Source: Phoronis australis | Lineage: Eukaryota; Animalia; Phoronida | Direction of reading: 5' to 3' | DNA: 64,000 nucleotides | NCBI GenBank assembly: GCA_002633005.1 | Contig: NMRA01000347.1 | Span: 343,311-407,310 of the forward strand | Shown here: piece after piece, positions 13,368-25,600 of the stretch | Layout: every line of letters begins with the position of its first letter | How positions within the stretch are numbered: position 1 is the first letter of the stretch | The notes under the pieces: generated by a model | The model's database searches: none | Seen by the model: only the letters and a program-made list of their open reading frames with translations | Told to the model about the DNA's origin: nothing | Position numbers and translations under genes: made by a program

Positions 13368-14471
13368 AGAGACGTTTTCATTTCATAAAAAGCGTTCAAA
13401 CAATGAAACTGAAAAATATCAAGTGAAAAGAGTGAAGCCATCGTCAATTTAGATTTATTTTCGTAACAAGGAATCGATAATTACATGAATTTCACCTCAC
13501 TTTGTTGATAATATCACAATATAAACAGCAATGCGTACAAACAGCTACTTCACCAGAGTTACGACTCGGTTTACCGGCTGACACAGCGCCACCTTTGGTA
13601 GCACTGTGAAAGAGTGTATACTGGATAAAAGCATGCGCACCTCAACTTCCTGGTTAAAAATTGCCAGCTGACAGCCAATGAAAAACATTGTTCTAGTGCG
13701 CTCTGCCTGGGCCCTCACAAGCTATCCGTGACGTCAGCGTGTGAGGCCCGGGAACCAGGTTAGGAAGAACACATGACGGCGTTTTCCCGTTGCTCCCATC
13801 TTGTTTGCTTCTATAGCCCAACAACAAGTAGGGAAGATGACCCCTGTAGCCAATATTTTACACGACTTATTAACTTCATTCTGGCATTTATGGTTGGAGG
13901 ACCAGCTCTCTTTTGTTCGATAATTGCTCTAATCTCCGATCAGATCGCATCTAGCCTGATTGGGCTGTGCTGTTAAAAATGGAAATTAAGTTACATCATA
14001 TTTGAACATAAACCAATAGCATTTCTGAATTCCTCGTCAAATACTGATGATTCTTAGTTTTTTGCATACTATGTACTTTCCTAAAATCACAATCTTCATT
14101 TTTAAACAAAGTGTTTCCACATGGATAGATGTATTAGTAAGAAAATACCTTTGCACAAGTGAGGTAAATTGAAATATTGTTTTTATTTTAAACAATCTCA
14201 GCCTGTAGGATCATAATGGCGACCATCTTACACCTCTTACTTAATAAACAATTGGATTTGACTATACCACTTGAACACTATCGATAACAAAGCACTGGCC
14301 GAAAGTGCTTTACTTTCTAAAACAAAGATGGCACTGCTAACAGGAGTGGAGGTTTTGAGTTATTAACTTTTCTGTTCATATTGTGCCGGAGTGGGGGGAA
14401 TCGATTCTGATACTGAAAGAATTTCACTGTGTGGAACCAGCCTTCCTTTCAGTAGCTGTAGGACCTTGCTA

Positions 14472-14545
14472 AAAAGCAAGACTTCGCGAGATTACGTAAG
14501 ATATTGTCAAGTATTTTAAAGGAGAACACATGACTTTGGCTCGAT
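14472..14545 (+). repeat. Dispersed repeat, also at about 15350-15422 (+) and about 51922-51985 (-)
   Basis: AAAAGCAAGACT(T/A)CGCGAGATTACG..AGA.A.TG....GTATTTT.AA.GAGA.CAC.TGA.T.TGGCT is shared between the copies. Confidence 0.6.
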
Positions 14546-16118
14546 TTTAGCTAGGTCCTCGGCTAGCGTAGAGTGTAGGTCCTAGCGATACTGAACACAT
14601 GCCAGGAATTTGCTTGAAATCGCGTAGTATTGAATCTAAGGAATGGAGGCCCATTTACATAGCACGCCAACACTTCCGATTTATCTCAATGTTTAGGTCT
14701 GGTCAGATTGTCTTCACATGTAATCGCATGGGGTTTTTTGGTCGAAAAAGCATGGCACTGCGATTTCTTATTCGTCTCACCTACATGTAAAAATCGTACC
14801 TCATCCGAACTGTTTTGAGCGGACTGGCGAAATATCGTTGATTTCCACGACATGCAGTTTGCTAGGTGGTACCCCACAGCGGGCCTGAGAAGGGCCTTAG
14901 CCCCCCCCCCTCCCCTTTTCAGTGCTGCGCCGCCCATGACGTGTAGTTGTAGGTCACTGGACTCGAGCGTGGAAGAGACAGTGTCGCCACATGGTGACTG
15001 ACACTCTGTGCTGTAGTGGTAAAATTAGAGGTAAGTAGGCTCCCAAAGCCTGCACATTGAGCACTGAAGCTAACTTACGATGCGTAGGCGCCACGTTCAA
15101 ATGCCAAAAGGTGGTTGGCTGCACCTACGTGCACCTACGCCCCACTGCAGCACTGCTGACACTAGAGATCTCTCCCAGTGCTGGGTGGTGCTTAATAATA
15201 TATGCATGATCTTTAGATAAGGTCGAAACATTGGTAATTTCTGAAAATGTTTCCACTGGTAGTTCGCAAGAGTATGGTAACTCTTTTGTCACCACTTTCC
15301 CTTTATTTGGTTTGGGATATAGTTCAGTAACGCCAGGACTCCTGGATAGAAAAGCAAGACTACGCGAGATTACGCGAGACAGTGCCGTGTATTTTCAATG
15401 AGAGCACGTGATTCTGGCTAGAAAACTCCCGCCGCGAGAGGGCTATTGAACTCTGCATGGGTGCAGGTGCTACAACTTTTTAACATATTGTTTGTATGTA
15501 GCTACTATAAAAAGCACATGGATATGGTACTGTATTATTTTGGTATGAGTTGTTTTCAAAAAGAAATTGTGAAATAAAATGTCATTTGTCCGCCATGTTG
15601 TGCCTTAAAAAGCTCTATTGGAACCACAATCGACTGCACATGTAACTGGATCTGCTTGGTATAATTATCTATAGGTCAACTAATTTTTCTCTGTGCAATA
15701 GGGCAAGGGTGCATAAAACAATCCCAATTGGAGACTCAACTAAGTTCTCTAAATCTTCGGATGTTTGTGTCTTTGTTCGCTCAAAAATGTTCGTTTTTAT
15801 ATCGTTATATCGTTTTCGGAAGAATAGAGTCAAAATAATGACAAAAGAGCGACATAAAAAAGAGGGAATTGCAAATCAAATTAGAGGAAAGTGAAACCAA
15901 AAACGAGGAAATCCTTTTAAGACAAAAAATCAAAACACTGTATATGAGACTATTTCATTGAACTGCCAACAGAGTCACGCTGACGTCACACCGCCAGATG
16001 GCGCCAGTTAAGACCGAGAAGACAGAATCGTTTGTATCCAAATTGTGCAGACAAGTCTGCTTTACGTCGTTCATTTCTAGCGCCGAGAGAAAGTAAGTAG
16101 GCTAATTAGAAACATTGT

Positions 16119-16124
16119 TTTATT
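16119..16124 (-). promoter_or_regulatory. Candidate polyadenylation signal of the cPLA2 gene
   Basis: AATAAA on the minus strand about 230 nt after the stop codon. Further candidates lie near 14182 and 13454. Confidence 0.35.
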
Positions 16125-16355
16125 TTGCATTTTTCTTTAATGCTCAAACAAAATATTTTTCATTGTTTTTCAATTTAAATAAATTAAAGTTTAATATTTT
16201 CAACACAAGTTACTTGTCCAAAACAGGAACAACTTAAAATTAAATCCTTGGCTCTTTCTTCATTTTCTTATCCGATTCCAAAAAGCACCATCCATCGTGA
16301 GGAAGGTATACGCGTAAATAACGTAATCACGAATTGTCTCTTTCAGGAACGTTAA

Positions 16356-16663
16356 TCACGACTGTCTCTTAGAGAAAAGTTTCGGCGCTATGTTTCCCCG
16401 AATTTTCTTCAACTTCGATTTTAGTAGCATAATCTGACTCAAATCTGCCAACACCGGTGCTTCTCTCTTTTTCTGAACACGCTGGATTATCTCTCGCTTT
16501 ATCAAGTCAACGTTAAGCAATATGTTGTACTTCACGAGGTCGTTGAGGCGGTCGAAGGCGTAAGGCTCGTACGAGAAGTTGTACGTGGAGTATGGATCTT
16601 TCGGGTCGTCGAAGATGGCAAAATTTCCGAAGTCCTTTTCCTCTTTAGTTTCTCTTAGGACAC
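16356..16663 (-). CDS. PLA2G4A: cPLA2 exon 15 (last coding exon, GVLRETKEEKDFGNFAIFDDP...RQS*)
   Basis: Acceptor TTCTAG at 16664, phase 1, TGA at 16356-16358. Matches the C-terminal FDDP..PYSTFNF motif. Confidence 0.92.
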
Positions 16664-19600
16664 CTAGAATTTCAAAGTATACATGTACGTGCATCACCAC
16701 AGTGATTACAACAAAACTTCGAAAATACGACATTTTTCGAAAATAACTGACAACTTTCTAAAACTGCAGTGGCAACACTAAATGAATGAAAAACATTTTG
16801 TTCCTATATCTTCCAGTCAGCCCTTTACTCTCCCAATCCACAGGCTCTCAGATGGTACTACGCCATAACTTCTCGATGTGCCTTCACCGCTTTGGTCCCT
16901 CGGCTTGGTGTCCTCTGACAACGAGGTTCCATTGACCTGGTACTCCCTCTACCGGTAAATTCTACTTGTGCACGACTTATTTGTGTGGATTAGGTGCATC
17001 AGTCCATGTTTGCAAAAAATAGATACGTTTCATGAATGCGGGGATTTGAAATGGGTGGTAACTTAGGGGTAATTTTCAAAAAACATGGGGAGGCGAACGA
17101 GTTTCGACGGAGGGATTCAGACAATGAACAGTAAGGGTTAGTGTTATCAGACAATTCCATATTCTTTCGCCTGTGATAAATGTACCCGTTACTGGCCTGT
17201 AGGAGACTGAAAAGGTAGCGACTGTGACAACTATTTCCCAACCTCAAACGAAGACCGGCTTCCATTAGCACGTAGTGCATAATGCATTCTACGTGTAATG
17301 CATTTAAATCGCAGCCACTTTACGGCGTTATGTAATGCTCATGCGCAGTCCTAAGTACACGACTGTCTTACCAGGTGCTCTGTAGTCCTTGAAGCTGATG
17401 TTAACCAATGGGAAGTGAAGTACAACTGGACAAGTGGGGTCGCTGTCGTCTTTGAAGACGTAACATTCCTTCCATCCTTCCTTCTCGATGATGTTGGCGT
17501 CAATAGGCGGAAATGGGACTCGGTTTAACCTGGCCCACTTCGAGGCTAACAGGAGTTCCTGTTGAGACAGTAATAATGAATGGTGTGGCTTGCCGAGCCC
17601 GAATGAGTGGGTTGTAATAGCCAATTAGAAGTCATTTTAGATTCATCGTTAATTTAAAAGAGTTTTATTGAAGAGAGAGAAGTACATGCACAATAAAACT
17701 GTTGGCACTAATCTATCACGTTCGAACGTATTTCTGATCATTTTAAATTGGTTTAGTATCGATTCAGTGCAAAGTGTTGTACCTAGCCGCTATTTCCTTC
17801 AATTGTACCATTTTGATATTTTGGTTTAATGCTAATTCCTTATTTTATTTCAAGTATGAGAAAAAACGTCGAAATATGACGCGACATAAAACTCACCTTA
17901 AAAGGAGGCGTACTGTCTTTTGGTCGTCTGCTGAAGTCAAAGGATAGATAGATGTCGACTCCTCTTTGAGGTCGCAGAAGTAATGGGTAAGGAGAATTGA
18001 ACGTAAGGCCAGCATCTACTAGGTACAGGGTCTTCGGTTCCGTCGATTGTTTCTCAAAGATCTCCCCGAAAGGAGTCTCCTCCTCGGGGTCAGCGCTCGG
18101 CGTGAGAGTCATGCTGGCAAGCGGAGAGAATGGGTACATTTCGGACAGGCATAGGCCCCTCATGAAATTGTGAATTTTGGCAGCCCTTCCGAACCGCTTA
18201 TACAACAACCCGGTGCTGTGCAGGAATGTCTGAAGTGCCCATTGAAGGAAAGTCTCACCATGTGTCATGTTTTCCAAGGGTGGGAGTTTTTCTCCGTTCT
18301 TGTCTTCCCCATTGGCGCTTTCAGTAACTTCAACGTGATTTCCGCCTCCTTGTCCTGTTCCGCCCTCTTCCAGTTTTTCCAATTCGCGAATCCTCTTGAT
18401 GCTTCTCCTCTTGAATGACGCCAGTGCCGCGGGAGATATTTCACTTCCGGCGTGATCTTCAATATTGACCTCTTCGATGGCCTTACGTAGAGATTTCCGA
18501 AGGGAACGTCGCTTTATGGATTTTTTAACTCTAGAATCCTCCAATTCACTCTCGTTTGTAGACCCACGGTTCATCAGACTTCTTCTAGCCGAGATTCGAC
18601 GCTTGGACAATCTCCTTTTTTGGTCTGAGAAAGTGTCGCTCTTTTTAGGACTATTCTGAACTGATTGAGTTGAGCTGCTCAAACCGTTATTATTACTTTC
18701 TTCTTGTCCATTTTCTTTATCGAGTTGACCTTTAAATGAGCTGCCTGGTCGTGATCTGATGGCGGAGCGAGATCGACTGTCTCTCTTTAGTGGACTGTTT
18801 CGAAAAGTCTCGTCATCGCTTTCTGATACCTCATCAAGCGCTGGGAGGAATTCGTCGTCTTCATCTTCATCCTCATCTCCTTCTTCTATGGCATCTTCGA
18901 ATAAATCGTCATCGTCTGACGTAGAGTCGTCTTCACCATCATTGAAGTCCTCTAGTTTTCCATCTCCTGCAGTGTCAATTTCGTCTGAAAAATATTTTAA
19001 TTTGTAACTGCTACTTCACGAATTCAAGAAATGAATTTAAATAAAGAAAACTCCTTCCCGAGGAATAACCTCACAAAACGATGGGCGGAACCAACTGACA
19101 CAAAGCATGGCTAAACCAAATCAGTAAGCGGATGCTAACGCACGTGAGCCAACTCATCATAGCTTGCCCTGTATTAGACCCAATACCCTTACCCAGTGAT
19201 TTTGTCGTTAAACATATATAGACTGAAACCTACAGTGTACGGGGCCTGCGGTTGTACCCACCCTTCCACAGTGGCACATACATGTAACATCATTCAGTAT
19301 ATCTGACCTCCTCTCCACATTATGCATACCGCCCCATATTTGAAAACATGAAAGAACGTGAATAACCTTGACATTATTAATCGTCTAATCTTACATCCTT
19401 ACCCATGGAGATGTCAGGACGCATTGTTTGTATGGGGTCTTTCTTGGTTCGGTTGAACACTCGTGTTAATAGTATGGTAAATGCGCTTCCCCATAAACCT
19501 GCAAAAGAGTTCTACTGTTATGTCATGTTGCGTCTTCGTACGTTAAATTCAAGAATTAGAGGCGCTGCTGTGTGGCAGACATTTTACTTCTGTCACTTAA

Positions 19601-22600
19601 GTTTTGATGTTCAAATATCTGTCTCTCTGAGCACCGTCAGATGCAAAGCACTTGTCAGCCAGTCTTTTATCTGTGAATCATTATGCAAAGTTGCCTCGCG
19701 CGCGTCTTAAATAACAAAACTTTTAATTTGGTTTGTCATATGATGCACTAAGCTGGAGAGTACTGGCACCTTGTGATTTTTCGAGAACCGACTCGATAAG
19801 ATGGCTTAACCACGTGACCATACTGCTTAAAAGCAAATACTAACGAGAGGTTTGCTTTCTTCAGCTCGTTATTAAATTTCAATTGGTGTTTTGCTTAAAA
19901 TTTGATTGTGCTGTTCCTTTAAAGACTATGAATCTCCCCGAGCGTACCTCCCGCTCATCGACACTAAAACTGAGCGGTTAGGTCGAATCTCGTAAATTTG
20001 GGCCCTGAAATGCCGCTGCCCGTTTTCGTATAAACGTTGAGTGGGGACAGAAGCACTATCCTGGAAACAGACCTATTGCACGATTGAAAGCAAAGTGGAT
20101 TTTGCTGTTCCGTTGGCGTCACGTTTCATTGCACAGTGATAATTCAATAGATTGTTCTGGGTTTCCACGTACAGGTGTGTGCATGAAACAACGTGGTGCT
20201 TTTTCCGTTGTTGTTATATCTGTCACTTGAAGACTATTGTAAAGTTCTAATTAAAAGAAATTGTGAAAAGACTATCAATACGAGAAAAAGCTCACCTAAA
20301 AGATAGTGCAGTGGTGGTTCCTCAAAAGTCTTGATTATCTTGCCCATGAAGAACATGCTGCCGAACTGTTTGACGGGAAGGAACGTGCCGTACTTCGCCA
20401 TGCCGATTTCGAATGGATTGAACTCGACCCACTCTGCAAGAGATATCCTCGCAGGTTAACAAACTACGTTCACCAGCGAAGGAAATGATTTTCCTGATAA
20501 ACAATTAACGGTAAAACGTAAATTATATGTAAATGCGGGAGGTGCAATTCTTGCTCATCAAGATGTATTTAAACTAATTCTCTTATCTGAACAGAGTGTG
20601 AACAAGTCGAAAACAAAACATTCATAAGTCTGCACGCTTTACTTTACTCTTCTTGGGTGTTTAGTCTATACGTGTGCACGTGCTTACACTGACTCGTTCA
20701 GTTAGTACTCTCCAATACTTAACAGATCCCCCATATGTGGACGGTGTAGAGGTTGCAACGGAAATTCTTACCATGGAATGTTAAAGCTGACACGTTCCGT
20801 TTTACATGAAGACAGGAGAACAGCGGAAAGGGCTGTGCTCCGTCTTTGATTTTTTCTTGCATGTCAGAGAGCCTGTATTCTTTTCTCTGCAAAGCAAACT
20901 TACACAATTTAAACACTTCGCTTTCCCACTAGCTTCTCCTTGAAAAGGTACCTAAACCGGTTTTAGCTTACCAATAGATACTAAGATTTCCCATCCTCTA
21001 TTCTGGATGCAAAATAATGCCCTGTAACCCTCGAGAACCGCCACAGTATGGAGAAAATTTCATAAACTCGTTTCAAATACTGCGGAACGGGCAAGCGTGA
21101 CCTACGTTTTTAGCGAATCAACCATCAAAAACCACAATGCCCGATTTGTGAGATAGGCAGGATGCGATTTTAATCGATTCTTGTCTTGACTAAGGTTGGC
21201 GCTAGTGTTGCATTAGCAGGGGACATAATGAGGATTGGTTGAAATCACCAGGGTATTCTTAAAGAGAGCTAGAGAGCCTGAGAAAAGATAATGTGGTTGA
21301 TGCTTTCAGAAATGTAAACCTTGAAGTTATAGATTATAGAATCTGCCAGAGGCTTAGAAGGTTGACTAATAATTTTCAATGATTTCCATTGCTTAAGTAC
21401 TGTCCGATCTTGGTTGAATGACAACGTATTGAGGTGGAAGTCCATGCACTCGGGAGCGATTTGCGACATAACATCAAAAGACATAAAATCAAAAGCATGC
21501 AGTCAAAAGACAACACTCCCATTTTTGTTGATACAAATCCAATATCAGCCAAATGATAACTGATCACCAGTCTCATATCAGTGTCGTTTAGTTCCTAGCA
21601 CCATGTATGGAAACTTCATTGGATAAGCCTCATCATGACACTGTTTACAGTAAAAAGAATTTAAAAAGGATTGGTGCTCCAACTATCGTGCATGAAAATT
21701 TAACAGTAAATAGGAATTCTTATCCATCGTTGGTATCAAACTTTATGTATGTACTAAATTAGGAGAAATGAATCCGCATAAATAATACTTCTAATGCTAT
21801 CAAACAAAAATGTTCCGGTAAATTTGGGCAAATTTATGAGCGCAAACGGTGGGGTAACTCTCAAGATATAGACAATGTACGACATTTCATGTACTGAAAG
21901 TTCCTTTGAATTGGGCCTTCTTACATTTTTGATAAGAGTCTCTCCGATAAGATGGCCGAAAAGGTCTGTAAAGCTGACTGGCTGTCCGCGTTGCTTCTTC
22001 TCCAGTACAGCCTCTAGATATTTATAGACGCGAGATGGCGTGTATAGCCAGAGCTGACTATGCCGGATGTTGGCTTTCAGCTCCTCCTGTAGGGCGGCCG
22101 CGTCCTCGCCAGGCCAACGCTCGTTGGAATAGAGCTGAGATAAGTACCTAAGAAGAGAATTATGTTCAAGGAAGTTTTCACGACCAAATTTGGAACTCTT
22201 CTTTGATACCCCAAGTAGATATTGCCATGTTTCTCTTGACAAAAATACGGTTGACGCATAGTAGTTCCTCCGAACACAGAGATCTATTCTAAACTGAGTC
22301 GCCAACAATTTTATAACCGACCACAAGAGACCTACATGTAGATTTGTGGCAGAAATCACGACTCTAATGAAGACTTCCGAGTTTGCCATGGTGGTAAAGA
22401 AGTTACTTGCGAACACGTCCTTCCTGGGATCAAATCGAGATGAGCTCTCCTTTACTTCGCAAATAAATGTTTAAAAGGTATTAAACTGATGTTACCATGT
22501 CAACAATCAATAGAGGAAATTTTTGACTCAAGAATTTTGACTATGGATGATTTCACAACTTCATAAAGTGACTAAATCATATTATGTGAGGCATAGCTAA

Positions 22601-25600
22601 TTCGGTCAGGACCAAGTCGAGTCAAACTGAATTACGTTAATTAGGTTGTAGGAAATCTTCACGTTTTACCAATCAATGAGTTATATTCGTTCCATGGTTT
22701 TATCGTGTAAAGTTGAAACACTTTCACGCCGTAAAATCAACAGCAAAAAACTTGGAACCCCAAAATGTTCCAAAACGTTGGTGCGTTTCCAAGATGCATG
22801 GATAGTTTTTGGAGCACGCACCGCGTCCTTGGCGCAAACGTATTTCAATTCACGCACTGTGATTACTATTCTATTAGACGGATTCTAAAAATACAAAAAC
22901 TATCATGGCCCATAGGCTCTCCAAATTACCCCCGTAGACTTGAATCGGTGTGTGTCAATTCACACACTTTATTTCTAAGACGATGCCTGAAGATGGCTTC
23001 TTCGACCTTTAAAACATTTGGTTTTATGCCAGTTCCAAACTTACCAAGAGGAGCCGGAGAGCACACCGGTATAGGTTACCAAGTCCCAAAGCTGGCTGTC
23101 AGTCAGCGCGCTGATAGCTCCGCCCATACCAACCATGGCACGGAAACCGCCTCCCGAGCCCAGCACGCCTATGGTTGGAACCTGAGAACGAAAAAGGCTC
23201 CCTGACAGTTTACGCATCATGCAACATCAATGAGTGAATACAAATAACACAGTGATGATATCTTAACTTGGTAGCATTGTAAACTTCATTTAATTGTACA
23301 GTTGTATGTACTTGACGCAAAATGAACTGGATCGCCATCAATATGAAAAGTGTGTAACGAAATCTCCACATAACAATCGCAAGTATACTATTGTAACACA
23401 ATATGCAAAACCCGCATAGTACTTGGATATATTTTTCGATTTCAGATACTCATTCGTATCTTGTTTGGCTTCGAACGCACGACAACACGAAAATTTTCTG
23501 GACTCACCTCTCTTGCAGTCTTGGGTCCATCCTCCCCAAACATGACTTTCATGCTCTCGAGGACCTTGTTCCTGCGAGCCTTTCTAAAGGTTTTCTCCTC
23601 CTGACATAGACTCAAGCTGTATCTGAGATCGTGTTTCGTTCTGAATAATAATTAACAATCACAACCATGATCATAACCATGACAACTGATCTTATCGTTG
23701 AAATACAAGTTTTCAAAAATACCAAGGAGTACTTAAAACAGATCTTATTTAATTCGCATTCTTATTAGTTAGAATTTTTTGCTTTTCATGGGAAAATGAG
23801 CACACGTGTATCTATAAGTTAATCACCTCCGGCAAAAACGATTGAAACAGGGTGCACATGTATCAACGAAGGCGTGACGGTGAGAAGTGTCGTTGAGTAG
23901 GTACACGTATATTATTTATATAGACAGCCCGTTCTGGTTGGTACACCTATGTAAAGATGAATAGACTCACACCTAAATGAATCATAGGCCTACTGTGCTA
24001 TTCAGAATCAATGGCGGGTAATAAAAAATTACCTTCTCAGCCAGCGATATAAATCTTTTGTTAAGCTGTGTTTGTAGTACAGTCGGGACAGTTGTATTAC
24101 TGCTTTGCTGTAGGACCATATTTTAGATCATCGTGATAACCTACTGTACCAAATTGTCACGTTTTACACTTGACGGGCCTAACATTCTACGGTCCTAACT
24201 TTAAGGCTTCATCGTACTAAACCGTCAAGTTGTCGCTACGCTGTTCCGTGATACTGATAAGACGAACCAATTGCCACGTTTATTCTTATTTCGAGACATG
24301 TTTAACTTTAAAATTGTACAGTTAACAGTGAGTAGACAGAAACAACACTGACAAAAACGAGAGTGTGCGAAATGGCGGGAAGCAGAGTATTTGCCAGATA
24401 CCCGCGTGCCCGCAAAGTAGGTCAGTCAATGTAAGCAACTTGTGCCCGGCTTGCTATGGCGCAGCACGTGTTACGTGGACGTTTTACAGTAAATTTTCAG
24501 GGCGGGGTTGCATAAAACTTCAAAATTATGCGCTGGACAAGTTTGATTGTTTCATGACGTCAGCTGGATCGTTCAACAACAACAACGTGACGCCTGATAA
24601 TGCGACGTCATTGTTGCTCTACGGTTTATAAGTTTTATGCAACTGGGCGCTGGTGTATCAATTTGAAAATATGCCAGACTAGTTTTTGCAATATTTTATC
24701 TATTATTGGAATCCTTAATTAGTATTCAGTAAAAAGTCCAAACCATAAAATAAAAAATTAAAAAGCCACGCTAAACACTGTTCTGTCACAAATAACAACA
24801 GTGACTGCATTATTAGAACTTTGAAAAAAAATACTATAAAACGCTCAGGGGAGCATCATGCCTGAGAGGTGTATTCCCAAAGTCTGCTAAATGGTCACGC
24901 GTGGTTCACGTTTTCGTTGAATTAATTTGCAGTAGTGGGAATTTGCTTCCCACCTCGAAATAGAGGATCATTTTGCGATACATCAAGGATTTGTTTTAGC
25001 TGAATAAGGCACAGAACTAGGCGAAAGTCTTGCTTTTGAGTGTTCAATGTCCCTTTAAGAGTGGATACACTACTCACATTACCGACGAGCCGATTTCCAA
25101 GTCGAGTTCACAACCCTGTGACAAAAGAAAATGTCGTAATGAATGCAGGTACCACATTGTCTAATGTCTATGACAATTCATGTATTGAAGTTGTACAGCC
25201 GTGGATTGCCTTTTTTATGGAATTTTTAAATGAAAATGCAACTTTTACATAAACATGACTTTGTTTATATTTTGATTGCCCTTGGGGCTTCTGTTTTATA
25301 TGTTACCACTTTAAATACACTAAGTCTGCTTGACATAACTTTTTGCAAAAAGGCACACTTTTTATCATCAGATGCACCCAAAGGGCACAGGTTCAAACCT
25401 GGTCAGGAATATTCCTAGTCATCGTATAATCGTCCACACTACACTAGTTGAAAGCGCTCGAAAATCATGCAGGCAGACTTAAATAGAGACTCCTGCACGA
25501 GTCTCAGGTTTATGATATGATCAAAACGAGTTGGAAATTTTGTCAAAATCCCGAGGCTTGCTGAAGAGTGTAGGATTTGTTTTCTCGCATGAACCGTAAA

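Noticed and set aside
18170-19007. Plus-strand ORFs (poly-Ser and others), also 22765-23205
   Set aside because: Antisense shadows of cPLA2 coding exons.
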